The position numbers and the translations under genes were made by a program. Source: Octopus sinensis (taxonomy: Eukaryota). Taken from it: a DNA stretch of 64,000 nucleotides. The stretch is from NCBI RefSeq assembly GCF_006345805.1, contig NC_043009.1:72168001-72232000 (forward strand). The letters are read 5' to 3'. Numbering within the stretch: position 1 is the first letter of the stretch; the number at the start of each line of letters is the position of its first letter. Below the pieces are notes generated by a model. The model ran no database searches. It was not told the DNA's origin and saw only the letters and a program-made list of their open reading frames with translations. Of this stretch, positions 1 to 13,063 are shown piece by piece.

Positions 1-390
1 ATATGTATATATATGTATGTATACATATGTATGTATATGTATGTATACATATATATGTATATGTATGTATACATAAGTATGTATATGTATGTATATGTAT
101 ATATACATATATATATATGTATGTATACATATATATATATATGTATGTATACATATATATATATATATGTATGTATACATATATATATATATATATGTAT
201 ACATATATATATGTATGTATACACATATATATATATATGTATGTATACACATATATATATGTATGTATACACATATATATATATATGTATGTATACACAT
301 ATATATATATGTATGTATACACATATATATATATGTATGTATCCACATATATATATATATGTATGTATACATATATATATGTATGTATAC

Positions 391-424
<34 letters not shown>

Positions 425-633
425 ATGTATGTATGTATATATGTATATGTATGTATGTATATATGTATATGTATGTATGTATATATGTATATGTATGTAT
501 GTATATATGTATATGTATGTATGTATATGTATGTATGTATATATGTATGTGTACATATATATGTATGTGTACATATATATGTATGTATACATATATATGT
601 ATGTATATATATATATGTATGTATATATATATG

Positions 634-665
<32 letters not shown>

Positions 666-797
666 TATGTATGTATATATATATGTATGTATATATATAT
701 ATGTATATGTATGTATATATATATATATGTATATGTATGTATATATATATATATAAATATATATATGTATATGTATGTATATATATATACATATATA
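1..797. repeat. Compound (TA)n/(TATG)n/(CATA)n microsatellite
   Basis: Directly visible low-complexity tract. The long Y/I/M/C/V ORFs here are artefacts of it. Confidence 0.97.
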
Positions 798-1156
798 CAC
801 CGCTGCGTGGTGCCAAGGATTCCAACATCACCATCAAAATACAGGTCCAGATACTGCAACAGCTTGGGTTTCAGAGGACCACAGCTCTTTAACATCCTCC
901 CTAAATGCCTGAGAGACTTACATGGTGTGGATGTGGGTTTCTTTAAAACTAAACTGGATCTCTTCTTGTTGGGAGTCCCAGATGAACCTACCTCACGACA
1001 GGAGACACGGATGCGGGCAGCAGCATCGAACTCCCTTGTTGATCAAGTGCCACGTATCAGAGGTGGATTCACAAACTAGTGTAGCTCATTCAGCGGTGGT
1101 GCCCCAGCATGGCCGCGGCCTTCGGGCTAAAACATTTTTAAGGATTTAAGGATTTA
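798..1156 (+). mobile_element. 3' end of CR1/L2-group LINE
   Basis: ORF tail [19 protein letters not shown]...[10 protein letters not shown] resembles the CR1/L2/Crack ORF2 C-terminus (N-x-LP...FK-x2-LD). It ends in a (TTTAAGGA)n tandem tail at ~1136-1156. Confidence 0.65.
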
Positions 1157-1230
1157 TATATATAAATATATATATATATATGTATATGTATGTATATATA
1201 TATATATATATATACGTATGTATATGTGTA

Positions 1231-2990
1231 TATCTGGTGGTCAATGAGGAAACTTGGGATAGATGAATGGTTAGTGAGAGCTGTGCGAGCCATGTACAGA
1301 GACACTGCTAGTAAGGTGAGGGTTGGCAACGAGTACAGTGAAGAATTCCGGGTAGAGGTAGGGGTCTGCCAAGGTTCAGTCCTCAGTCCCCTCCTATTTA
1401 TCGTAGTCCTCCAGGCAATAACGGAGGAATTCATGACAGGATGCCCCTGGGAGCTCCTCTATGCTGATGACCTTGTTCTAATTGCTGTGTCACTATCAGA
1501 ACTGGAGAAGTTTCAGGTGTGGAAGCAAGGATTAGAATCGAAGGGCGTTAGAATCAACCTAGCCAAAACCAAAGTCCTAATAAGTAGGAAGGTAGACCAA
1601 TCACAAATGCCTTCAGGTAGATGGCCCTGCTCGATCTGTAGAAAAGGTGTAGGTAGAAACTCTATAAGATGCACCAAGTGTAAGCTATAAACACATAAGA
1701 GGTGCAGCAATGTCAAAGGAAGGCTAACTAGGAAGATAGTTTTTGTTTGTGGCAGATGCTCAGGAGCAATAAACACTGAAAATATGCTGAGATCAACTTC
1801 TAACACGTTCCAGGGAGAAAAACTAGAAATAGTTGATAGCTTCCGCTACCTAGGTGACATAGTCAGTAGCGGGGGTGGGCGTGCTGAAAGTGTAACTGCT
1901 AGAGTAAGAATAGACTGGGCTAAGTTCAGAGAGCTCTTACCCCTGTTGGTGACAAAAAGGCCTCTCGCTCAGAGTAAAAGGCAGACTGTATGATGCATGT
2001 GTACGAACAGCCATGCTACATGGTAGTGAAACATGGGCTGTGACTGCTGAGGATATGCGTAAGCTCGCAAGAAATGAAGCCAGTATGCTCCAATGGATGT
2101 GTAATGTCAGTGTTCATACTCGACAGAGTGTAAGTACCTTGAGAGAAAAGCTGGGCCTAAGAAGCATCAGTTGTGGTGTATAAGAGAGACGTTTGCACTG
2201 GTATGGTCATGTGACGAGAATGGCTGAAGATAGTTGTGTGCAAAAGTGCCACACCCTAGCGGTTGAGGGAACCTGTGGAAGAGGTAGACCCAGGAAAAGC
2301 TGGGACGAGGTGGTGAAGCACGACCTTCGAACTTTAGGTCTCACCACGGAAAAGACTAGAGACCGAGACCTATGGAAGTATGCTGTGCATGAGAAGACCC
2401 GGCAAGACTAGTGAGACCATAACCCGTGGCCTCTACCTGGTATGTAGCCAGTCGACTTATACATACCTTTCCTTCTTGGGACACAAAACTCCACTTGTGA
2501 AGACCCGTTGAGGCAATTGAAAATCAAAATCAAAATCAAATCAAATCAGATATCAGAAAGCAGAACCAAAATCGAAGTCGATCAACATCAATGGAAATTG
2601 CAGCTGTGATACCAGTGCCGGTGACAAGTAAGCGAATAATCCGATCGTGGCCGTTGCCAGCGCCGCCCCAACTGGCCCCCGTGCCCGTGGCACGTAAAAA
2701 GCACCATCCGATCATGGCCGTTGCCTGCCTCGCCTGGCCCCCGTGCCGGTAGCACGTAAAAAGCACCATCCGTCCGTGGCCGTTTGCCAGCTCCGTCTGG
2801 CACCTGTGCGGACGGCACGTAAAAAGCACCCACTACACTCACAGAGTGGTTGGCGTTAGGAAGGGCATCCAGCTGTAGAAACACTACCAGATCAGACTGG
2901 GCCTGATGCAGCCTTCTGGCTTCACAGACCCCAGTTGAACCATCCAACCCATGCTAGCATGGAAAGCGGACTCTAAATGATGATGATGAT
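1231..2990 (+). mobile_element. 5'-truncated RTE LINE (RT, PHD finger, 3' UTR, (GAT)n tail), with frameshifts and stops
   Basis: RT motifs QGSVLSPLLF, LLYADD, FRYLG, WYGHV and GRGRPRK, plus a (GAT)n tail at ~2978-2990. Confidence 0.92.
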
Positions 2991-2991
2991 G

Positions 2992-3478
2992 TCATCACTA
3001 TCATTGTTTGACCGTGGTTGAAACAATGGAATTTACTATGTTACGCCAGGCTTCACTGTCCATCATAGCATTACGGCGGTCCTGTCGCTGGATGCCTGTA
3101 TCCCTGGAGATTACATCAGGGTAGGAGAGTGTGTGCCCTCTGGTATCGCGAGCAGATGGCTTCCAGAGGAGAAGAGTTGAAATTACCTGGTTTTCAGCTC
3201 TACAACAATGTCCAGCAAACTGGACTCTTCTACCTTTCACAAGAGATGATACAGGTGGTAATTTCCCATATATTTGTACTGTGGTTGGATGACACTTCCA
3301 TGAGAGATTTTGAGGTCTCATAAGGAGGCGAGTGTAAGTTCCATCCAACCGCTTCTCAAGCTTCTTTGATAACATCCAGGTTTCTGAGCCATATAGTAGA
3401 ATTGGTTCAATTGTGGCTTTGAAGACTTTATGTTTGAAATCTCTACTTAGATTTGATGACCAGACCTTATGCAGGTAG
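2992..3478 (-). mobile_element. 3' fragment of a second RTE-clade LINE family, tail-to-tail with the preceding copy
   Basis: ORF 3001-3483(-) contains PILLYGSETW and RRVQFAGHC, typical of the RTE RT C-terminus. Confidence 0.8.
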
Positions 3479-4388
3479 TGCATAAAGAGGGTAGTGATGG
3501 GGTGCTAAAGCAAATTCAAGGCACAAAAGGATGAGCATAAGAGAGGATATAGACAATGGGTCATAAGAGGGGAGGAGGAGAAAGTGGATACTTTCATAAG
3601 TAGGGGAGCAACAGAGATTAAAAATGCGGGTAGAGATAAATAATGAGCAAGAGGTGTGATCTTGGCCATCAGCTCGACCTTTCTGCACTGATCTGCTACT
3701 GGTTTCTGAGTGGGTTGAGGAAAATAAAAGCTAAGAACATAACAGCCTGAGAAGAGAAAACATGTAATTGAGCTTTAAGCCACTTTCTCACAATGGATTT
3801 CCAGCAGCCTCTGGGATCTTAAGGAATGGTTATCATTTTAGCAGTTGAGATATCGCACATGTTTGCAGCAATGGAATTTGGCTACTTCCATAGCTTTGTT
3901 GCCTATGAGTGTACATAAATGCAGAGGAAGTGGTAGCAGCTACAATTCTCTGTTGCTGCTGCTTAAAAATTACTCAAGTGGTCCACAGTTGAAAATTGGG
4001 TCATCAGAAATGTGTGTGTAATGTTAATTTTGTTCCCATTCAAATATACAGAAAACCACAATTTAAGTTAAAGAGTACTCAACATCATATATATATATAT
4101 ATATTATAGTGTGTATAATTTAGAGGAAACAAGCTTGTGCTACATTATCAAAACTTCATGAAACCAGCCAGTTTCTGTTTACTAAATACATTAGCTTTCT
4201 CTTACATAAAGATCCCCCCCTCCCTTCATTCATGGCTGCAGCCAGTATGGTATGACAAGTAGGCTATTTCTCTATGATACTTTGCTAATAGTGTGGTGAA
4301 TGTACTCTTTAAGTTTAGCTCTAAAATAAATACTAGCCAAGAATTGGGATAGGATTCAGGACACGTGTGTGCATGTATATATGTGTGT

Positions 4389-4452
<64 letters not shown>

Positions 4453-4662
4453 TCATCATCATTGTTTAATGCCTGCTTTCCACGCTAGCATGGGTTGGAC
4501 GATTTGACTGAGGACTGGTGAACCAGATGGCTGCACCAGGCTTCAATCTTGATCTGGCAGAGTTTCTACAGCTGGATGCCCTTCCTAATGCCAACCACTC
4601 TGAGAGTGTAGTGGGTGCTTTTACATGCCACCAGCATGAGGGCCAGTCAGGCAGTACTGGCA
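4453..4662 (-). mobile_element. RTE 3'-terminal fragment
   Basis: Reverse complement of the 2800-2990 tail, starting with a (CAT)n tract. Confidence 0.8.
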
Positions 4663-4666
4663 AAAG

Positions 4667-4978
4667 TTGAATTATATTTTGTCCTTTAATTTGGAGGATT
4701 CCAGAAAGATTTCTAATATAGATTCTTCATATTATGCTGGTAGCTTATCGGCATGAGTTTGCAAATATGAAAATAATACTTGTATATGGTGTGTTATGTG
4801 AATTTATGGAAAGGAATCCCATAAAACTCAACAAATTTGTTTAAGTGTAGACTAGAAGATGTTAAAATGTACGAGAATTTTAATTCATGCAGACAATCGT
4901 TTTGAACAGCAAAATAAAAACATGCAAATTCATGGTTGAATAGAAATAATTAAATTTATTATATATCACTGTTCTCTT
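4667..4978. repeat. Copy 1 of a ~310-bp direct repeat (candidate Penelope pseudo-LTR); copy 2 at ~12752-13063
   Basis: Long shared tracts such as gctggtagcttatcggcat and ttaattcatgcagacaatcgtttt occur in both copies. Confidence 0.85.
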
Positions 4979-6258
4979 CAGTGCAAGAAGTATAAACATA
5001 AAATTTTCTTTTTACATAGGATTTGATAAAGGAAATAGCAGAGTAGAATTTCGGATTTTCATATTTATCCTTATGAGAAAGAAAGAAGAAACTAAGGCAA
5101 CTAACGGTTATTTGAAAATATAAGTGAAAAAGGATTTATGAGACGTTCCCTGTATAGAAGAGTAAGAAGAAGATAAATAATTCTGACTCCAAATAAGTCA
5201 TGTATGTAAAAATAAGGTGTATAGAAATGTCCAATGGAAAAGCATAGCTATATGTGAATTAGGATATGACCTGACAATACTAAATGTGGTGTACATAAGA
5301 ATGAAGTTAAACTAGAGGATATAGTGTATAAAGGTCTGCTGGAATGTAATGTAAACAAGTATTATAGGGGTAGCAATACTTAAAGAGAGAAAAAGCTACA
5401 TAAAATGGAGTTGTGTTTGTGTAAGAACTGATATTAGTTTGTAGGTAAAAAAAAGAAGTAAAAACAAAAATAGTTAATATTACAGATTTAGATAGTAAAT
5501 ACTTGCTGTGGCTATAAAGATGAAAAAGAATGCTCAGAGGTTTTATTATTGGATGTAGTGAACTGAAAAATAACAATGTAGAGGAGATAATAGAGCTAGG
5601 AATGAAAAATAGATGAAAATAGAGGGTTTAAATTGTATGTATCACTATGTAAGGTAATATATTGACTACGTTTCAGTATAAATAAAAGTTAAGGGTTAAG
5701 GAAGTAGCTTGGCATAAAGTGAGAGGGAAATATATATTGTGGTTTAGGGTTAGTAATTAATATTCAAGTAATAGAAGATTATTGTGTTATATAAGAAAAA
5801 TTTGCGAGTAGGAGGTGCACATAAGTATACAAGATAATTTATATATAACGTCATATAAAAAAATCTTATAAGGGAAAAAAATTGTTAGTATCTCTTATTA
5901 TAAAAGGCAGATTTTATCTGCCTCCCTTTGTCTCTTATAGAAATCTACAATATAGGATTTCTTCAATTACAATTTACCTAGCATTTTTAAGAGTAGAATA
6001 AATCGGGTCGTGCCAGGTCCAGTTTTTAAAATTTCAACCCCAATTAAGCAAAATTTAGAGAAAACTCACATTGTGGTGTGTTAGTCAAGTGCTTTTCTTA
6101 GTGTGGGCTATAGCACTCGCACACACACACACAAAAAGGGAGTGATCTGATTCACTCACGCTATCACTCTAATTTCTATGACTTTCTCTTTGCAAGTTTG
6201 CAACGATTAAAGTGAAAACAGTGAATCTGAGAGCTCCGACAGCGATAAAGAAAATGAA

Positions 6259-6881
6259 TTGGCACCCAAATGGAGTGAAAATTTAAAAACTGTTTCTTTC
6301 GGTGATTTTTCTGAAGAAACTGGACCAAGCCACAGACTTTCCCAGAAGAGTAAAGTCTTAGACTATTTCTTTTTACTTTTTCGAATGAGTCTATTTGAAA
6401 TCATTACGGCGGAAACGAACTGTTACGCTATACGTAAACAAAGCGAAAGAAAGGATAGTTTGTTATTTCCCACAACCTTAAATGAAATTAAGGCCTATTT
6501 TGCCATAAATATTATTATGGGTATCAGAAAGTTACCCAGAATAACAAATTCTATCGTAAAATTTTGTTGTATACCCAATGGAATATTAGCTAATAACCCA
6601 TTTTCTATAGCGATGTTTGAACAAAATTTTAATAATTTTATATTTTGTTGAATTTACCTGTATCTACCTGCAATTAGAGTCACTTTGTGACAAAAATTAT
6701 AGTATAGAATTGGTTGAGAACATTTCATTAAATTATCTCCCAAAATTCATGTTAATATATTGATAAATAAAAAAGTTATAGTTGTTTAATGAAACCAGAC
6801 TAAATTTATGATTATGTTAGAAATTAATGGAAACACATAAGGGGTGTATTTTGGTCAGAAATATAGTAACGAAAGGGTTAA
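6259..6881 (+). mobile_element. Internally deleted piggyBac remnant (transposase N-terminal fragment and right end)
   Basis: LDYFFLLF...IITAETNCYA...TTLNEIKAYFAINIIMGIRKLP resembles the piggyBac transposase N-terminus. The terminus is ...GAAAGGG followed by TTAA at 6878-6881. Confidence 0.75.
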
Positions 6882-6989
6882 GAAAAATCAAAAAATATTT
6901 TATTCTTTATAAATGTTGTGTTCAAAATAACATTTTCTTTTAAGAATGTGTATATAACAAAGTATGTGTATATAACTACGTGGCTTATA

Positions 6990-7373
6990 TCTTTATATAT
7001 AAAAGTGAAGTTGTGTGTCTCTCCTACGATTTAGATTCCTAACTACTCCCACATTTTGCGGTGCAGTGTAACCAAAACCGGGTATCTTATAGTCGTGATT
7101 CATATCGAGCTCTTCTGGGTATTAGCGCGCGTCTACGATTTAAAAAAAATTTACCATCGTATTTTTCCATTTTAATGCATTTTTTCGCTATTATATAAGG
7201 GAAGTAACTCTCTAAAAATATCTACGATGTGTCAACGATTTAAAAAAAAAATTTACCATAATTTTTTTTCCATTTTTAATGCATTTTTTGCTATTTTTTG
7301 GCTATAACTCTCTAAAAATGCTTATATAGTTATTTCCCTTACAAACCCGAGCAACGCCGGGCGATACTGCTAG
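6990..7373 (+). mobile_element. Non-autonomous Helitron
   Basis: 5' A|TC, subterminal hairpin CCCG-agcaacgc-CGGG, 3' CTAG|T. Confidence 0.85.
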
Positions 7374-7519
7374 TATACTAATATTTGAGTAGAGGCATAT
7401 CTGCATATTAGTATACATAGATATAGGAATTATAGTTGTTTTTAGATTAGGGTATACATAAAGGAAGGAACACAGTACAAAAATATATATACTCATACCA
7501 GTGCAAAAAGGAAAAAAAA

Positions 7520-8593
7520 GGGGAGATTGACGAATGGTTAATAAGGACTGTAAAGGCCCTATACAGAGATGCTGTTAGTAGGGTTAGGATTGAAAATGAG
7601 TATAGTGAAGAATTCCGGGTAGAAGTAAGGGTCCACCAAGGATCAACGCTCAGCCCCCTCTTATTCAGCATAGTCCTCCAGGTAATAACAGAGGAATTCA
7701 AGACAGGTTGCCCCTGGGAACTCCTCTATGCTGATGACCTGACCCTCATAGCAGAATCACTACCAGAACTAGAGAAGAAATTTCAGGTGTGGAAGCAAGG
7801 TTTAGAATCAATGTTGTAAAGACCAAAGTTCTAGTGAGTAGGAAGGCAAACACATCACACACCCCTTCATGTAGGTGGCTCTGCTCAATCTGTAGAAAAG
7901 GTGTAGGTAGAAACTCCATAAGATGTACCCAGTGTAAGTTATGGATAGAAAAGAGGTGCAGCAATATCAAAGGAAGATAACTTTCATGTGCAGCAGATGC
8001 ACATGGGCAATAAACACCACAGATGCTCAGAAAACAGACTCCATCACATGCCATGGGGAGAAACTAGAAGTAGTTGATGGCTTCTGCTACCTAGGTGACC
8101 AAGTCTGTAGTGGGAGTAGATGCTTGGAGAGCGTTGCCACTAGAATAAGAATAGCCTGGGCAAAGTTCAGAAAGCTTCTACCCCTACTGGTGACAAAGGG
8201 CCTCTCGCTTAGAGTGAAAGGTAGATTGTATGATGCATGTGTGCAAACTGCCATGCTTCACAGCAGTGAAACATGGGCCTTGACTACTGGAGACATGGAT
8301 AGGCTCAAAAGATATAATGCTAGCATGATCCGCTGGATAATATAATGTCAGTGTGCACACATGACGGAGTGTAAGTGCCCTGAGAGAAATGTTAGAGATA
8401 AGCATTGGTTGTGGTGTGCAAAAGAGTCATTTGCATTGGTATGGTCATGTACTGCAGATGGACTAGGAGAGCAGTGTGAAGAACTGCCACTCCCAAACAG
8501 TTGAAGGAGTCCAGGGTAGAGGAGACCTAGGAAGACATGGGATGAGGTGGTCAAGCATGACCTTCTAATGTTGGGCCTCACAGAGGCAATGAC
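7520..8593 (+). mobile_element. Degenerate RTE LINE fragment
   Basis: Homologous to 1231-2400; carries YADD, the PHD cysteines and FCYLG, with frameshifts. Confidence 0.88.
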
Positions 8594-9239
8594 ATATATA
8601 TATAGTAGTATGTGGAACATACATATATGTGCACACGTTCATATTAAAAGTATGTATCAGTGGTAACATATAGTTAATAAGCATACGATAATAATAATAA
8701 TAGATTCACACACACAATGACAATATGATCGATATCTAGATATGCACACATGGTTGTAGGCAAGTAGGACATCAAGAAATACTATATGTGTTTACATATA
8801 TCAGCTGTAAAATATAATTAATTGTCAGGTAGTATGACAAGTAACATAAAACAGTATTAATTAAAGTAGATATGTTAAGGAGGGTTTTTAGGGAGGTATT
8901 ATGCAAATAAAATACATTAGAAAATGAGAGGTATATTATATTTTAAGGAAAGGTATAAAAAACCCCAGATATGTTGAGAGAAAGGGAGATTTGGAGAAAG
9001 TGTTGGCCCAATATATGGTGGGTCATGCAATTATTAGAGGGAAGAGTTAAATAAAAAATATCAATATAGTGTAAGGTGTGAATATAGTGATGTGAAGAGG
9101 ATATGATGAATAATTGAACCCATCGAAAGAGATAATATATTGAGATATTTAAAAAAAAATAGAAATATTAAAAAAAATGTTTTAAAAAATTCAAGTAAGG
9201 TGAGAGGGAATAATTATTTAAGATTAATAAAAAGGAATT

Positions 9240-12200
9240 TGGTCATGTGTTTACATGAGGAAACTTTTTCATCCCTAGTGCAGATCAGCTATCCATTCAT
9301 TCTCAGTATATTGTAGCTTTCTTCCAAACATAACCTACAAATTTTATTATAGCTGTAAGAGGAAGAGAAGATAGGATTTTCCAAGAGATTGAGTAATCAG
9401 TATTGTTTCTTTTGAGGTGCCAAAGTTTTTTAGATATACCTGTGCTATTCTCTTTTCTAGGGTCCCTAAAGGAAGATTTATGATTATTAATTCTAGATTT
9501 AATAGAATTTTTCATGCAACCAATGTGTACATATGTAGAGGAGTCATAAGTAATAATAGTTGCTTGATATACAACTTCTTTCATTTTGCAATTTCTATCT
9601 ACTTCACAAATATTTGGGTCTCTTCAATTGCAATTTAAATTATTGGGTGGTACTATGGTGTTATGTCTATATTTATTCGGGATAATGGAGTTTTGGTTAT
9701 TATCACAATAGTAGTTGTTAATTACAGGATAATAATTCTGTAGTTGCTTGGTATATTTAATGAATTTTTTTTTTTATAGAATAGGTCCAATTTCTTATTG
9801 TTAAAAGAAGAGATTATCCTAAAAAGGTTTGGAGAGACTGAAAATCCAAATCTGTTTTTTGTTATATTAAAATATTTTTGCATATTTGGTGTTTTTAAAG
9901 TTTTTGTTAATTCTAATTCTAATGGATCTAATAAAATGAGATTTTAGATGTTTGGCAAAAGGTTTTATGAGCCAAGTAGTGTTCTTGCTGTTTACTTTAT
10001 TGGAGTGATGGGTTATGTTTGTGGGTTCAGCTATTCTCACACATGGTATTGGTTTCTTTTTTGCTATTTTATTCCTATCTATATTAATATGATTTCTATG
10101 GTTATGTATATTATTGGAGGGATTAGGTGAGATTAGATTATTTTCATTTTTTATTGGTTTAATATTCCTATTTTTATCTATAATTAAGCATTTTTGGTGT
10201 TTGTTGTCTTGGGTTTATTAGTATTAGTGTAGTTAGTAAGGTGGGAATTGGTAAAATTTATACTATTTTTTTCTTTTAGTAAAGTTTTGTGTATGGTGCT
10301 TGTCTTGATTAAGTTTATTAGTATGTTTATTGTAGTTGTGATTTCCGTGTCTATTGCTAAAGTTATGTTGATGACTATTAGTGAGAGTTTTTTTTTCATG
10401 TTTGTCAGGGTGTACTAATTCATCAGGTTCACTAATATATTTGGTATTATTAGTATTTGATGCTGTTGTTTTTATTGTACTTAATTTCGTATTTATATCC
10501 TGCCTTTTTAAGTGCTAGGTTATAGTAGTCTTTTTGTTTTATTAAATATTTCTTTGTTAGTTGATAATAGATTAATTTTTCTTTCTATGTTAGTGGTCAG
10601 GTTTTTAATAATGTTATAAGAATGGTTACTTTCAGTGTTTATGTATGTGATATTGTTGTTAGGTTTATAGTAAAGCTGATAGGAGGAAGTAGTAATATTA
10701 AAGTTAACGTCTAGGAATTTCAGGGTTGTTATCTCTTTTAATAGTAATGGATAGTCCTTGGGTTTTGAAAAAATTGTGTAATCTTTTTTTGTAGAGTTTG
10801 AGTTTTCTGTTGGAGGTATTTCTAACTAAGAATAGTGTGTCATCCCACCTTCCAATTCAGGGAATTCTTTAAGTTGGTGTAGTTGGTAAATTCCACTAAA
10901 TCGGCTACCTCTGTGGAGTCTTGTGCACCCATGGGTACATTGAAACAGTCTGGTGCATCCTTCCTGGTCCAGTATTTACTTTCATGAAATATTATAGTCT
11001 TTCTAGCTTCATGTATAATTTTTATTTCTTTCATTGATAATGTAGCCTTATTCTTGGCAAAAATAAGTGCTTTATTTAGTAAGATGGGGTTGATAGATTG
11101 GTAATAGTTGTCTATGTCTAGTTGGATGAATTTACATTTTTTCTTATCTTGTAGGTTGGTGAACCAGTTGATTGTATCTTGTGTTTTTGACCACAGGTGG
11201 AGTTTTATTTTGGATTTCAATAAATGTAGGTATTTATCTATGATAAATTTGCTAAGTTTTCCGATGACAGATTTACAGGGGCAGATGAGCCTTATTTTGG
11301 ATCAGTATGAAAGTTAGGTTTGTGGTCTTTTTGTCTAATTCTAGGTCCAGATGCTTCATAAGCTTCAGTTATATCGTCAATTTGGTGTTCACTCGTTATT
11401 TGTTTGGCTTTGATAATAGATTTTAGAACATCTTTGTTTATAATCTTATATTTCTTTGTAATTTCTTTGTGTAGGAGATTATAGTATAGATCTGTAGCAA
11501 TAACCATTTTAGCCATTTTGAAATGTGGCGCGAATTGGCAATATGACGTAATGTCTTTGCCGAAGAAATATCATTTTCGTTTTTTTCCATTGGTTAATAT
11601 AACTGCTCATATAAAAATTCTAAAAGTTTCGTAAAGAATATTTGTCATGGATTTCGATTCTTTTAAGTCAAGTTGAGCAGTTATAAAAACCCTGGATTTT
11701 GGGAAAAATATCAGTGTTTGTTGGATGTCACTGAACTCTACGGCACTCACTCTTTTGAGACATCGGTAATTTTCATGCCATGTCTAGAGTTAATCACAAA
11801 TCTATTTTGATTTGTTGGTTAATGTATTAGCTAGAATTGAGAAATTAGTTAATGAAATTATAGTCGTTCTTCTTCACGACAAAGTTATCTTTCCTACTGT
11901 AAATAATATAAAATGTTATACTTATATAATAAAACTGATTAAAAGAAAATGTTTCTCTTCACGTTCGTTTTTCAACTGAGCATAAATAAGTATACATTTC
12001 TGTAATCCTTAATTATGTTTTCTTATAGCAGTTTATAGGATACGAAGAAAATATTTAACATACATGTCGTTAATATTCATAGCGTTTCATGCGTATATGT
12101 CTCTATGACGTTATGACTGTAGTTAGGGTTTTAGGTATAATGATAACACTTTAGTATAAGTAACGTTGAATCATTATATTCCCCCTTCCTCAGAGAAAAG

Positions 12201-13063
12201 CCAAATAAAATAATATAACCTAAGAGAAAGCTTAAAGTTTAAAACAAAAGCCGCCATAGGAAAGATCTATATCTACATTGTATAGATTTCCTGTTTTATC
12301 AGATTGTATGGTTATACCTTTTAATTTTCAGGGTTCATTAACTTTATGCTTCAAATAACATAAGTGATTATTCCTGAGAACGTTCTTTTTAAACTTAATA
12401 TTTCTAAGTAGATTCCATTGGCCGTCTTCAAAATTTTCTACTATCCTGTTTGCTGGTGGGACTTTCCAGGATTTAAAATTGCTTCTAATTTTCATTAATT
12501 CTTTGTTTGTTTTGTTGTCTAATTTTTCTTCTGTATTATTTTGTTTGTCAAAGAATAGAGCTTTCCATCTCATTCTTCTATTGAGATCATGGAATATAGC
12601 TATTATATCCTTAATGTACTCATTACGGATAAGTAAATGAATGTCCTTAAAAGATGTTTCAATATTAATCTTCTCCATTTCATTTTATTAGAAATCAGTT
12701 TCTTAATAAAAGGTTATTAATAATGGTAACAGTAATATATGTATAAAAATGTAGAATTATATTTCGTCCTTTAATTTGGAGGATTCTAAAAAAGATTTCT
12801 AATATAGATTCTTCATATTTTGCTGGTAGCTTATCGGCATAAGTTTGCGAATATGAAAATAATACTTGTATATGGTGTGTTATGTGAATTTATGGAAAGG
12901 AATCCCATAAAATTCAACAAATTTATTAAGAATGGAGAAGAGATTTTAAAATATAAGAGAATTTTAATTCATGCAGACAATCGTTTTGGACAGCGATATT
13001 AAAATCATGCAAATTCATGGTTGAATAGAAATGATTAAAATAATTATATATCACTGTTCTCTT
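9240..13063 (-). mobile_element. Degenerate Penelope-like retroelement (RT plus GIY-YIG), interrupted at 11494-12262
   Basis: Minus-strand fragments in the expected order: LNRRMRWKALFF, SDKTGNLY, FIQLDIDNYY, VPMG, then GIY-YIG-like VVYQATI...VHIGC...RINNHKSSF. Confidence 0.85.
11494..12262. other. 769-bp insertion with AGATCT target-site duplication, promoter-like
   Basis: AGATCT at 11488-11493 and 12263-12268. The Penelope frame is contiguous when the insert is removed. An uninterrupted junction copy lies at ~13146-13205. Confidence 0.75.

Noticed and set aside
3-1079. Long 247-358 aa ORFs
   Set aside because: These are translations of a stop-free microsatellite. Only the last ~90 codons are LINE-derived.
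11493-12277. Insert read as a solo LTR (TGTAG...CTACA) or as an intron
   Set aside because: The CTACA belongs to the Penelope coding flank, and there is no GT-AG in the element's sense orientation.
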